This document shows positions 1-9,071 of a stretch of DNA of 42,121 nucleotides, one piece after another. A program made the translations under genes and the position numbers. The notes under the pieces are model-generated. The model ran no database searches, was not told where the DNA came from, and saw only the letters and a list, made by a program, of their open reading frames with translations. Position 1 is the first letter of the stretch; each line of letters opens with the position of its first letter. The stretch is from an uncultured Nitrososphaeraceae archaeon (GTDB lineage Archaea > Thermoproteota > Nitrososphaeria > Nitrososphaerales > Nitrososphaeraceae), in assembly GCA_963765895.1 (NCBI GenBank), contig CAVXZB010000057.1, positions 1 through 42,121 of the forward strand. Reading direction: 5' to 3'.

Positions 1-294
1 AAGTTTGTCTTTTGGTGTTAAATTGCCATTATTCTGTCCTTTGAATATCTCCCAACCTTTTCTTCTAACCTCTTCAATTCCATCAATACATTGTTTGTAA
101 TAATATACCAAGTCAGACGTTGCTAAATCAAATACAAATCGCTGTGACAGTTCTTTTAATACTTTGATATCTCTACTAATTGTTGATTGGTCCACCTTTA
201 GTTCATCTGCTATCTCGGTTTCTGTCATTGACTGTGCTAATAATGTTGCAACTTTTCTATGTCTGTCTTCAATTTCAAATTTATGCGTTACCAA
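1..294 (-). CDS. HTH-domain protein (runs off the window edge; absent from ORF track)
   Basis: Manual translation from TTG at 294 gives MVTHKFEIEDRHRKVATLLAQSMTETEIADELKVDQSTISRDIKVLKELSQRFVFDLATSDLVYYYKQCIDGIEEVRRKGWEIF..., open to position 1. Contains the HTH signature EIAxELxVxQSTISRD. Confidence 0.85.
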   Translation of the reverse strand, partial: MVTHKFEIEDRHRKVATLLAQSMTETEIADELKVDQSTISRDIKVLKELSQRFVFDLATSDLVYYYKQCIDGIEEVRRKGWEIFKGQNNGNLTPKDKL

Positions 295-343
295 GATTGT
301 TATATGTAATATTCTATTAGTGAAGGTTATGTTTATACATTTT
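151..343. repeat. ~190-bp diverged direct repeat, copy 1 (copy 2 at 2775-2967)
   Basis: Colinear match at a constant offset of 2624 bp, covering the HTH 5' half and its upstream region (e.g. ttatgcgttaccaagatt and tattctattagtgaagg occur in both copies). Confidence 0.9.
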
Positions 344-467
344 GAGATACAGAACCTCCAACCTTAGATAGTATTTGTAACTGTATCACAGCTTCCTAAT
401 TCAACCTGCTCTTAGCTAGATGCAAATAAGATTTTCGAGTCACTATTTGTGATTACCAATACCATTT

Positions 468-720
468 TTATATATATCGGCTTAGCTTCACTAAGACCGC
501 TTTTCTTTGCTCCTCATTGAATAGATAACACTGTCGTATTCTGGATATTTTTTTGCCTTTGCCCCAATGTCCCCCAATTTTTTCATGTCTAACCACGTAT
601 TTTATTAAATCTGGTCTTTCCTGGTACGGTCTAAAACTATTTACTCTACCCTTCTTTCCACATTTTGGACAGACTATTATATTTGGCTTTCCAGTTTTTC
701 TGGCTCCTGACCTCCGTTCA
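468..720 (-). pseudogene. Small C2HC zinc-finger protein lacking an obvious start
   Basis: Open frame GKPNIIVCPKCGKKGRVNSFRPYQERPDLIKYVVRHEKIGGHWGKGKKISRIRQCYLF...RYI*. No in-frame ATG, GTG or TTG upstream of the CPKC motif before the stop near 770. Confidence 0.55.
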
Positions 721-957
721 ACAATTCTCCTACTAGGTGCATAGTACCAATGCTGTCTACGTATCCGTTAGTTGATGTAAATTTAATAGTCTCATTAGTA
801 GGAAGGTCGGTAACATCCTAGGTAACATTTGTGCATCTGCTTTTTGGTAAGATTGTATTATGGTAACAAGAATAATCTGACTAAAAAATATGGTCATCAA
901 AACTATGTGAAAGAATGTCTGTAGTTTTACATAGCGTTTACAATAGCAAAGCCACAT
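690..957 (-). pseudogene. Truncated secreted FxLYD-like protein
   Basis: Signal-peptide-like stretch (FFHIVLMTIFFSQIILVTIIQSYQKADAQ), then in a shifted frame TSTNGYVDSIGTMHLVGELLNGGQEP, which resembles the start of FxLYD domains. Ends abruptly. Confidence 0.45.
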
Positions 958-1194
958 TCTCTAAATAGATTATAGCACTTTTTTCTTATCTGCTCCAACA
1001 GGCTTAGAACTATAAGCCAAGACTAGGTTTTCTACTTAAAATGGCAATGTACAAATAGAGGACTGCCTGCCCTGCAATAGGGGCAAAAATGTGTAAGTGG
1101 TATATGTCAGCGCATCGACTCAAATGACCCTGCTTGTATACTGATACCATAAAAGATAGAGCAAGCCAAGAATGTGACATGGTGGGTGGCAATA

Positions 1195-2010
1195 CTATAC
1201 AGAATGCATTTGAAATAGTATTTTTTCTACCATATCTCTATTTCTATCTAAATATGCTGGTGATTCTGCATCTAACCATTCTGTGTCATCACCAATATCG
1301 TAGGAGAATAGATTTGCAGTACCGGCAATTTTGCTTAATACATCATGAGATAAATCAAACGTAGATATGTTGACCTTTTTAGTAGGTCTATCATAAGATA
1401 GATTAAAGTTAGCTGTTCCTTCCCTTGATCTTTTGTGTAGATATTCGAAAATTCTCTTGCTAAATAGGTATATGCCAAGTGCCTCTGGTTGTTCGAGCTT
1501 TACTCTCTCCTTTTCCATAAACTCTTTGATTTTGGAGTCCTGCAAAATAACTCGAGCTGTTTCCTCGCGTCTTCGCTTTCGAACTACAACCATACCTATG
1601 CTTCCTGTTCTTTCACTTTTCATATTTACCTGATGATATTTTTGTACGATTTGTTCTATCTTTAGTGCACAGAGGTTATCTGCAAACCATACCAAGAAGT
1701 ATTCATCTTGTATAACATATTTTTCAATCTTTAATAACGAGCCGCCAGTGCCATTCTTTTTATCTTCAACAAATGTTATGGGTTTACCCACAATAGATTG
1801 TTTTCCTTCAAAATAGTTAATTATCTGTTTGCCATAACTATCGAAGTTACATACTATGATTATTTCATTAATTTGGGAAAATTGCGCTATGTATTTCACG
1901 AGATAATCTATTATGGGCCGTCCATCCAATGGAAACATAGCCTTGGGAGCATAGTCCGTAAAGGGTCTGGCTCTACTGCCACTGCCTCCTGCCAACAATA
2001 TTGCTTTCAA
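1195..2010 (-). CDS. Sugar-phosphate nucleotidyltransferase (NTP_transferase family)
   Basis: N-terminal LAGGSGSR...PKAM signature, GTGG, WFADN and EFMEK motifs. Confidence 0.9.
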   Translation of the reverse strand: MKAILLAGGSGSRARPFTDYAPKAMFPLDGRPIIDYLVKYIAQFSQINEIIIVCNFDSYGKQIINYFEGKQSIVGKPITFVEDKKNGTGGSLLKIEKYVIQDEYFLVWFADNLCALKIEQIVQKYHQVNMKSERTGSIGMVVVRKRRREETARVILQDSKIKEFMEKERVKLEQPEALGIYLFSKRIFEYLHKRSREGTANFNLSYDRPTKKVNISTFDLSHDVLSKIAGTANLFSYDIGDDTEWLDAESPAYLDRNRDMVEKILFQMHSV

Positions 2011-2149
2011 ACGTATTTACCTTCTGTTTTCGAAGAAATCGTTAGCAATATATTATCATAATGCATTTTTCAACTTCTATTTTCTAGGTCTTTAACCACA
2101 ATATCTATCTGTCTTCATCAGACATCATCATCAGACACCAGGCTGAACT

Positions 2150-2253
2150 TTGAGCAGGAAGAATGAACAACTAAAATGGCGCAGGGTCAAAGTTATTGAA
2201 ATGAAGTCTAGGGGCTTAAGTCAAGTGGAGATAGCACATGAGCTACAGGTGCA
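2150..2253 (+). pseudogene. Truncated HTH protein N-terminus
   Basis: MSRKNEQLKWRRVKVIEMKSRGLSQVEIAHELQV breaks off before the recognition helix. The rest of ORF 2150..2380 looks unrelated. Confidence 0.6.
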
Positions 2254-2366
2254 AGAAATGGATTCCACATTTTATAACAGATTCTATTCAAAAGTGACCA
2301 AAGGCACTTTTATTGGGATGACTCGCTTGTCTTCAATATTAATAGCAGTATTCTTGATTGGAATTG

Positions 2367-2651
2367 CTACTTACTTTTAATTACTTTTTCTATTTCCTCA
2401 GCCAGACTAATATCTCGTTTTGTTATAGCATCAACATCAAATGACTTTAAAGAAAGTTTAACAGTCTTCCAGTTAATGGTGATAATTGGGTGATGGTCAA
2501 GCCTCTCAGCTATCCTTGCAATTTCATTTACAAACTCAATAGCATCCATAAAGCTACTGAATTGAAAAGATTTCACTATCTTTCCGTCTTTTAATTCCCA
2601 TCCATTATCTAAATCTGCAATTTTTGATTCTATCTCGTCATCTGATAACAT
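2367..2651 (-). CDS. phhB: Pterin-4-alpha-carbinolamine dehydratase
   Basis: 94 aa with FxFxxFxxAxxF and the AERLDHHP motif, plus C-terminal ITKRDISLA. Confidence 0.9.
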   Translation of the reverse strand: MLSDDEIESKIADLDNGWELKDGKIVKSFQFSSFMDAIEFVNEIARIAERLDHHPIITINWKTVKLSLKSFDVDAITKRDISLAEEIEKVIKSK

Positions 2652-2654
2652 ATA

Positions 2655-2918
2655 TTATATTATGTGATTATCTAGCGGTAGGGTTAAAAATACTTTCAAG
2701 CTCAGACTGATTGGCATATCCGTATTGTGTGATAGCGAATCGAATAATAATAACAATACATAATTATTCGATAATTCTTTTAGCACTTTGATGTCTCGAC
2801 TAATAGTTGATTGATCTACTTTCAACTCCTGTGCTATTTCACTTTCTGTCATTGACCGAGCTAATAGAGTTGCAACTTTTCTGTGCCTGTCTTCAATTTT
2901 GAATTTATGCGTTACCAA
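2655..2918 (-). pseudogene. Truncated paralog of the HTH gene at 1-294
   Basis: First ~50 aa are nearly identical to the 294-start gene. Homology ends after KELS. Confidence 0.8.
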
Positions 2919-2967
2919 GATTAGTTTATGCAGTATTCTATTAGTGAAGGTGATGTTTATGCATTTT
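2775..2967. repeat. ~190-bp diverged direct repeat, copy 2
   Basis: Matches 151-343. Confidence 0.9.
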
Positions 2968-3105
2968 TAGAGTACGTGGGGGGGACAATACCTATGTTTG
3001 CCATAGCTTTGGCGGCTCGTTAGTTCTTCTCATATTGATATAGTCTTAGAGTCACCGTTTAGCAAGATCCACTAGTCTATGAAAACTGGATGTAGCAACA
3101 TGTTT

Positions 3106-4548
3106 CTAAAAAATAACTAGATCTTTTGTGTCTTCTTCTCCCTCTTTTATCAACGCCTCTATTGTTTGTATCGTTATATCAGCTCCATTAAATGAAGTGC
3201 TAGTAGCAGCATCATGTTTACGCTCTATTCGCATTACCTTAATCTCAAATCTGCCTCTGATTAGATCTTCGTATTTGACATCTTCCCCAACTGTATCTGA
3301 AGTACTCTTTGCTCTTTTATTTTTTAGTGCTTGAAACTTTTGTTGAAATGCATTTCTTTCATTATCATCCTTTATATGATCGCTAGCAAGATCTTGTAAA
3401 CTTGTTATAAAGTCATTATAATCCGTTATAGTTGAGAACGAACATTGATCACGGTAGGTTCTGTCTCCATATAGTATATCTATATTCCTATTTTTCACTT
3501 CATCATACTGATTAGGTATGTCCTTATCTTCTATTCTGGATGGATGTACATTTACTATATATATCTCTAGATCTGGAACATCTTTATTTTCAACATTTAC
3601 CCAATAGTCTTTATGAGCAGATAAGAGCTCGTTAAGTGGTGTATTAACTAACACGCCTCCATCCCAAAACTTACGTCCACTAATCTCCTTTGGATCATAA
3701 AGTTCTGGTAATGCTCCACCCGCCATGACTTGGTCAATAGTAATGCCATCTTCATATTCTATGACTATTGGCTTGGAATTCTGCTCATCATTTTTTCGTC
3801 CATACTTTCTTCCTGGATAGTATACAGTTTTTCTTTTGCCATCTGCCTTTTTGTAGCTATCAAATGTTACGGCTATTCCCTCTGCTATATCAACCGCAGT
3901 TATGAGAAGTCTAGGCTCTCCTTTATCGAATCTTGTAGCTATTGGTAAGTCTCCAAATAATTCTATTTGTGATTGCAGGGGAGCATCATCAAGTACCATC
4001 CACTGAGCAAATGGCTCTTTATTCAGGAATTTATCGTCTGGTCTGAAAGTTTTAATTGAGAACACTTTTTTTCCTACGTAGACAAACTCTGTTGTAGAGT
4101 AATACCTTCTAGCAGCTTCCTTTGAAGCGATACTTACTATTTTTTTTCTATCAGGTTTCCAGTTTCGAAACTCCTCCGTCCATGGTTCCCACCAAGGGTA
4201 CATTGAAAAATTATCTTCAGGTGGAATGTCGTAATTAATCCTATCTGAACCTTCTTTTAAGGCTATTCCTTCTGTCCAAAACTTTTCAAGATCTTCTACG
4301 GCCTTATCCCAAGCTTTGCCTTTTTTCACAACGTTACCCAAAAGTACAGCTGCGTTCATCGCGCCTATAGAGGTCCCAGCAATAATATCAAATAAAGGCC
4401 CATTAGTAGTACCTTTCTTCATATCTTTTTCCATAACTTTTTTGCATAACACCTTGATGACACCTACCTCATAAGCGCCAAGTGCACCTCCACCCTGAAG
4501 AACAAGTGCCCTCTGTTTGCTATTGTTTGAACTTGCTCGCTCTATCAT
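3106..4548 (-). CDS. Patatin-like phospholipase
   Basis: GGGALG oxyanion motif, GTSIG nucleophile elbow and DGG catalytic Asp. Confidence 0.92.
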   Translation of the reverse strand: MIERASSNNSKQRALVLQGGGALGAYEVGVIKVLCKKVMEKDMKKGTTNGPLFDIIAGTSIGAMNAAVLLGNVVKKGKAWDKAVEDLEKFWTEGIALKEGSDRINYDIPPEDNFSMYPWWEPWTEEFRNWKPDRKKIVSIASKEAARRYYSTTEFVYVGKKVFSIKTFRPDDKFLNKEPFAQWMVLDDAPLQSQIELFGDLPIATRFDKGEPRLLITAVDIAEGIAVTFDSYKKADGKRKTVYYPGRKYGRKNDEQNSKPIVIEYEDGITIDQVMAGGALPELYDPKEISGRKFWDGGVLVNTPLNELLSAHKDYWVNVENKDVPDLEIYIVNVHPSRIEDKDIPNQYDEVKNRNIDILYGDRTYRDQCSFSTITDYNDFITSLQDLASDHIKDDNERNAFQQKFQALKNKRAKSTSDTVGEDVKYEDLIRGRFEIKVMRIERKHDAATSTSFNGADITIQTIEALIKEGEEDTKDLVIF

Positions 4549-4862
4549 ATAGTAATTGTCATAATATTTGCTAGGCTCTATTATACTATGGTGATATTGT
4601 TTGATACCTTTTCAAAGCAGCTGCTTATATTTCATTTCTGGTTATGATAAGAGAAATAAGGTGTACTGACATTCTCATATGATAACTGTGAATTCTGATC
4701 GAGTTTGACCATTTATACCCTTTCATCAAGTTTTGTAATTTCTCCTATAAAACAACCAGCTAATAATATAATTATGCTATTATTGACTGGCTAAAAATTG
4801 AGATTGATGCCATTAGTGGCCTGATAGAACAAAGATCAAAAAATGGTGATATTATATGTATT

Positions 4863-5051
4863 TTAGTGATGTTTGATGTATTGTCTATAGTAATGTTTAA
4901 ACTGCGGAGTTATATCCTCAGCTTTCATACCATGTGCTTTTATTAGATGCTCTGTGCCATTTCTCCAAATCTCTTCTTCCGTTTCTCCTTCAACCACATA
5001 ATCGCAGCCAAGTGCTCCTGCGCCTGTGTCACGGCACCCTAAAGATAACAT
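4863..5051 (-). CDS. DUF1059-family small metal-binding protein
   Basis: CRDxG...CDYVVEGETEEE...H...HG pattern. Confidence 0.8.
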   Translation of the reverse strand: MLSLGCRDTGAGALGCDYVVEGETEEEIWRNGTEHLIKAHGMKAEDITPQFKHYYRQYIKHH

Positions 5052-5397
5052 ATTCTGTCATTTTTATCATCATCATATATTCCTTTTTTAAATTGTGTGT
5101 GAAAACGACACTCTCCCCATACGTTACTCTGAAAGGACATTTAAAATGAGTCAAAATAGAGGCCTTTTCGAGTCAAAATGATCAACAATTTTGCTTCATC
5201 CACGTGACATTGAAAATGTTTGAATAAATATCTTCCTGCGTGTTAACTGCTCTTATAACATTTAGAGTATTGTCTCAAACAGACAATGAACAAGTTAGAA
5301 TAGTGTACTGGAATGCGTGGGCATAATTCCTATTATTATGACTATGCGTGTTACTACCGCTCGAAATGTGTGTTTGCTTAAACCATTGAGATGAGTG

Positions 5398-6657
5398 CTA
5401 ATCCCGGTTTCTTTCTTCCGGAGGCTTTATACTTTTAAAATTAAAATATAATGCGACATCGTATACAATTTTCAATGCTCCTCCCAATACAAAGGGGGCA
5501 GATAAAATTGACAGTGATTGTAGTATATAGCCAGCTATTGATGGAGATATTGATTGTGTGATATTTCTTGAAATATTGGTTATTCCTGCTGCTCCGGTTC
5601 TTTCATTCTCTTTAACTACTGCAACCAAATATGATTGCCTTGTGGGTACATCCATTTGAGATAGGGCCATTCTGGCAAGATATAACGCTACGGCCAGTGG
5701 AAAGGTAGGGGCAAATGCGACAAGTATAATCAAAATATTAGAAGGGATATGTGTAAAAACCATTGTATTGATCAGTCCTATTCTATCAGCAATTTTTGCG
5801 GCTGCCAGGTATGAGAATGCGGTAAGAACTCCTGCTACAGAGAAAATATAAGATAGTGTTGTTAAATCAACACCAAATTTAGTAAAAAACCACAACGATA
5901 CTATACTTTGAATGACAAAACCACCAGCGAAAGAATCTAGGGCAAAAAGAGAAGATAGTTTACCGACGATCTGCTTGGATTGTGGTGATAGGGTTTCTCT
6001 CAGTGGTTTATGCCTCATACTATTGGTCTGCACCTCTACTTTATTTGAAATCAAATAGTAAATGCCTAATACTGCAAGTCCAATGATACTATAAAGTAGA
6101 AATAATGGTCTAATGGATTGGATTTGGTTTAATCCGTACTGCTGTGCAAGTATTTGTGGTAAACCGGAAAGAAGAACACCAGCAGACATTGCAAAGGTTC
6201 CAACCATATTGTAAAGAGCATAGACCGTATTTCTTTTGTTTATGTCATTAACCATTTGAGGTAATACTGCTTGTTCTATTGATAAGAAAGCACCTGTTTC
6301 AGTTCCAGTTACATTAATTGTCCCTATCAAAGCAGATATGATTAATGCTATATAATTAGTTGTTAGGAAAAATATTAATCCAGATAAAGACATTAACGCT
6401 GCATACATGATTAGTATTTTTCTTCTACCTACTCTATCTGCATAAAAACTAGCAATTAAAGTAAAGATTACACTATTTACTAAGGTAGCAGTTAGTATTA
6501 AACCAATGTAAAAATCCTCAAATCCAACTAACTTTAGATAGATTGCAAGAATTACGCTCAGAAAACCATACGCAAATGTTCTTAGCGTTCTTGCGGCTAA
6601 AAGTAGTTTGCCATCTTTAGACAACCAACGAAGTGAGGCAATTATTTTGGCGTCCAT
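5398..6657 (-). CDS. MFS transporter
   Basis: About 12 hydrophobic segments, with motif A as ADRVGRR and ADRIG. Confidence 0.92.
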   Translation of the reverse strand: MDAKIIASLRWLSKDGKLLLAARTLRTFAYGFLSVILAIYLKLVGFEDFYIGLILTATLVNSVIFTLIASFYADRVGRRKILIMYAALMSLSGLIFFLTTNYIALIISALIGTINVTGTETGAFLSIEQAVLPQMVNDINKRNTVYALYNMVGTFAMSAGVLLSGLPQILAQQYGLNQIQSIRPLFLLYSIIGLAVLGIYYLISNKVEVQTNSMRHKPLRETLSPQSKQIVGKLSSLFALDSFAGGFVIQSIVSLWFFTKFGVDLTTLSYIFSVAGVLTAFSYLAAAKIADRIGLINTMVFTHIPSNILIILVAFAPTFPLAVALYLARMALSQMDVPTRQSYLVAVVKENERTGAAGITNISRNITQSISPSIAGYILQSLSILSAPFVLGGALKIVYDVALYFNFKSIKPPEERNRD

Positions 6658-6896
6658 TCTAATTCCATACGAATTTCAAGCTTGTACTTCTCTTTTGCAT
6701 AGAGAAATTTAAAGGCTATTGGGATGATTGGGGTTATAATGGGATTTAAAGTCTTATCTTTAGATTGAAAAATGTCACCTGGAGTTATTTCTTCTTGTAC
6801 TGCGCTGGTACATTTCATTTTTTGTTATCTTGTATTTTTAAGGAATAGATCTGCTATACATTAGCAATAGTAAACCTGCATTCACTTAACAAGAGT

Positions 6897-7409
6897 TCAT
6901 TTCGTTGTTTGCGGATGAGTCTCAAGCCATTTACTGGCTCTAATGGATAGTAGTTCAAAGTTTTCTCTAAATTGTGGATCATCCCATTCTTTTCGTATCC
7001 CCATAATAACATCCTTGGATCTTTCCCATTCAGTACGTAAACTTCCAAATCTATGAAAATAAAGATCTTCATTAAGGAAGCCATATTTGATTAATAATCC
7101 TGCCAGTTCAAATTTCGAAGTAAACCTTTCAAAAAGCTGGAATTCTCTGCTGCCCTGAGGGTATTTATCCTTAAATTCTTGGATTGATGATGGAATTTCG
7201 TCTCTATGCATTTTAGCCCAAAACCATTCTGCAGCCTCAAAGTCTATAGCCGTATTATACAGCTCAGCTAATCTAAGGAGTATATTAACATCATCTATTG
7301 TTGGTGTTTTTGTTTTAATCGCTTTTCTGACTCGTTCCATATTTTTTCTTTGTTTTGAAGTATTTTTTGTTAATGATACTTTAGAAACAGTTTTTTGTCG
7401 CCTAGCCAT
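6897..7409 (-). CDS. Hypothetical protein (DUF4760-like); probable ATG start at 7409
   Basis: Basic N-terminus followed by a helical domain with FELAGLLIKYGFLNEDL...FRENFELL. Confidence 0.6.
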   Translation of the reverse strand: MARRQKTVSKVSLTKNTSKQRKNMERVRKAIKTKTPTIDDVNILLRLAELYNTAIDFEAAEWFWAKMHRDEIPSSIQEFKDKYPQGSREFQLFERFTSKFELAGLLIKYGFLNEDLYFHRFGSLRTEWERSKDVIMGIRKEWDDPQFRENFELLSIRASKWLETHPQTTK

Positions 7410-7514
7410 ACTAACACATACTTGCAACTGTAGCAATTAAATATATCCAGATAACTTGATGGAAGAAACAAAAAATCGGAAACACATAGGATGGTTTGGT
7501 TTGTTTATCTCTAG

Positions 7515-7724
7515 TTATCTTTTCATACTTTCCATAACCTCATCTGACACTAATATACCATATTCTTTTTGATATCGTTCGAGAAAACGTATAATCAGAT
7601 ATCTTATAAGCTGATTCTTATCACTCAATGAATACTTTTTTGCGACATTGGTCTTTAGAAACTTGTCAAGGGATTCAGCCATTTGCTTGGAAATTTGAAT
7701 ATATGTCCAATCTTGTCTTGCCAT
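7515..7724 (-). CDS. Ribbon-helix-helix (CopG/Arc-like) regulator
   Basis: 69 aa. Beta-strand WTYIQIS followed by two helices (KQMAESLDKFL / DKNQLIRYLIIRFL). Confidence 0.7.
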   Translation of the reverse strand: MARQDWTYIQISKQMAESLDKFLKTNVAKKYSLSDKNQLIRYLIIRFLERYQKEYGILVSDEVMESMKR

Positions 7725-7772
7725 CCTGCATTAACCTTTATTCTATTAATTGCTGAATCAATTAAAAATAGT

Positions 7773-7851
7773 TTACCTTTTGCTCTGGGTAAGAGCCTTA
7801 CCCATATGCAGTGGTAAGGTATTTATTTGTCTTACCCGTATGTAAAGGTAT
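7773..7851. promoter_or_regulatory. Three TTACC-N10-GGTA(A/T) operator-like boxes in a divergent promoter
   Basis: 7773-7792 TTACC ttttgctctg GGTAA; 7798-7817 TTACC catatgcagt GGTAA; 7832-7851 TTACC cgtatgtaaa GGTAT. Confidence 0.75.
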
Positions 7852-7908
7852 GACAAAGAATTGCATGTATAAATCATCCCCACATAAAGGGAGAGAACAA
7901 TTGGTGGC

Positions 7909-8263
7909 ATGAATATTCTAGAAATTTTTTATCCATTAGATTCTACAATTATAGTCGGAGGACTTATAGGCTTTATGATTGGCTATGTTATTCGCAAGAT
8001 TATTAAAGTTATTTTGTTTGCTCTAGGCGGAGTGTTTTCATTTATAATATACTTGCAATATCGAGGACTAATTAGTGTGAATGACGATAAAGTCCAACAT
8101 TTTACCTATGCTCTAACTAATTCCATTGCAAATTCTACTACAAATATCCTATTATATCAAGGAAACAAGTTTACCATCATTCCTTTTTGGATACCTGATT
8201 TAACTATTCCATTTGCAGGAAAGTATGGCAGTTGGTGTTACTGCTGGATTTATGAGAGGTTGA
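7909..8263 (+). CDS. FUN14-family membrane protein (+1 frameshift near 8221)
   Basis: GGLIGFMIGYVIRKIIK...LQYRGLISVN pattern. Removing one A in ggaaagt restores the typical end AGSMAVGVTAGFMRG*. Confidence 0.8.
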
Positions 8264-8270
8264 AGGAAGT

Positions 8271-8997
8271 ATGAATTTCAACATATTAAATAAAGTATTC
8301 CAGAAAATTTCGGTCCAAGAGAATAGCCCCATTAAATACGGAGTCAGACAGGTTAACAGATTATTTGATCCTGTCATTGGCTTTGATGACATAAAGGAGA
8401 TATTTCAATTATCTTTACATGCAGACAAACCCGTTCATATCCTGTTAGTTGGACCCCCTGCGATCAGCTAAATCGTTATTTATGAGCTGTCTTACCAAGT
8501 TGGAACGATCTTATTATGCAGTAGGTAGTAGCTCCACTGGATCTGGGATATTTGATTATCTGTTTGAACACAGACCAAGGTACTTCATAATGGACGAAAT
8601 AGAAAAGATGAGTAAAAGAGATCAAGCCAGTCTACTAAATTTAATGGAATCTGGCTTGCTATCTGAATTAAAACATAGGCAACAAAGAACAACTCAATTA
8701 AAGACATGGGTTTTTGTTAGTGCAAATAACACAGATAAACTGTTAGCTCCATTATTAACAAGGTTTACGGTCATACACCTCAAACACTACGCTAGAGAAG
8801 AATTTGTAGAAATTGCTGTTAGTGTCTTGAGAGATGAAGGAATTGAGAAAGATGTTGCTAAATTTATAGCTGAATTAGTATTCGATAAATTGAGCAAAAA
8901 TATAAGAGAATGTATCAGAATTGCTAGGTTGGCAGACAATAACATTGCAAAGGCTCAACGAGTTGTCGATATGCTAACTACATACGGTAATAGATGA
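8271..8997 (+). CDS. Small MCM-like AAA+ ATPase (+1 frameshift in Walker A near 8462)
   Basis: Joining the two ORFs gives HILLVGPPASAKS (Walker A), IMDEIEKM (Walker B), SANN (sensor 1) and LLTRF (Arg finger); about 241 aa. Confidence 0.85.
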
Positions 8998-9071
8998 GTA
9001 AAACTATAGGGATATACTAAGAAGATCTCCATATACCTTTTACTTTAATTTTAGGGTATTACTATACCCGC

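Noticed and set aside
3106-4548. Patatin as a CBASS effector
   Set aside because: No CD-NTase is adjacent. The nucleotidyltransferase at 1195 is a sugar-phosphate type, and the class III cyclase is 36 kb away.
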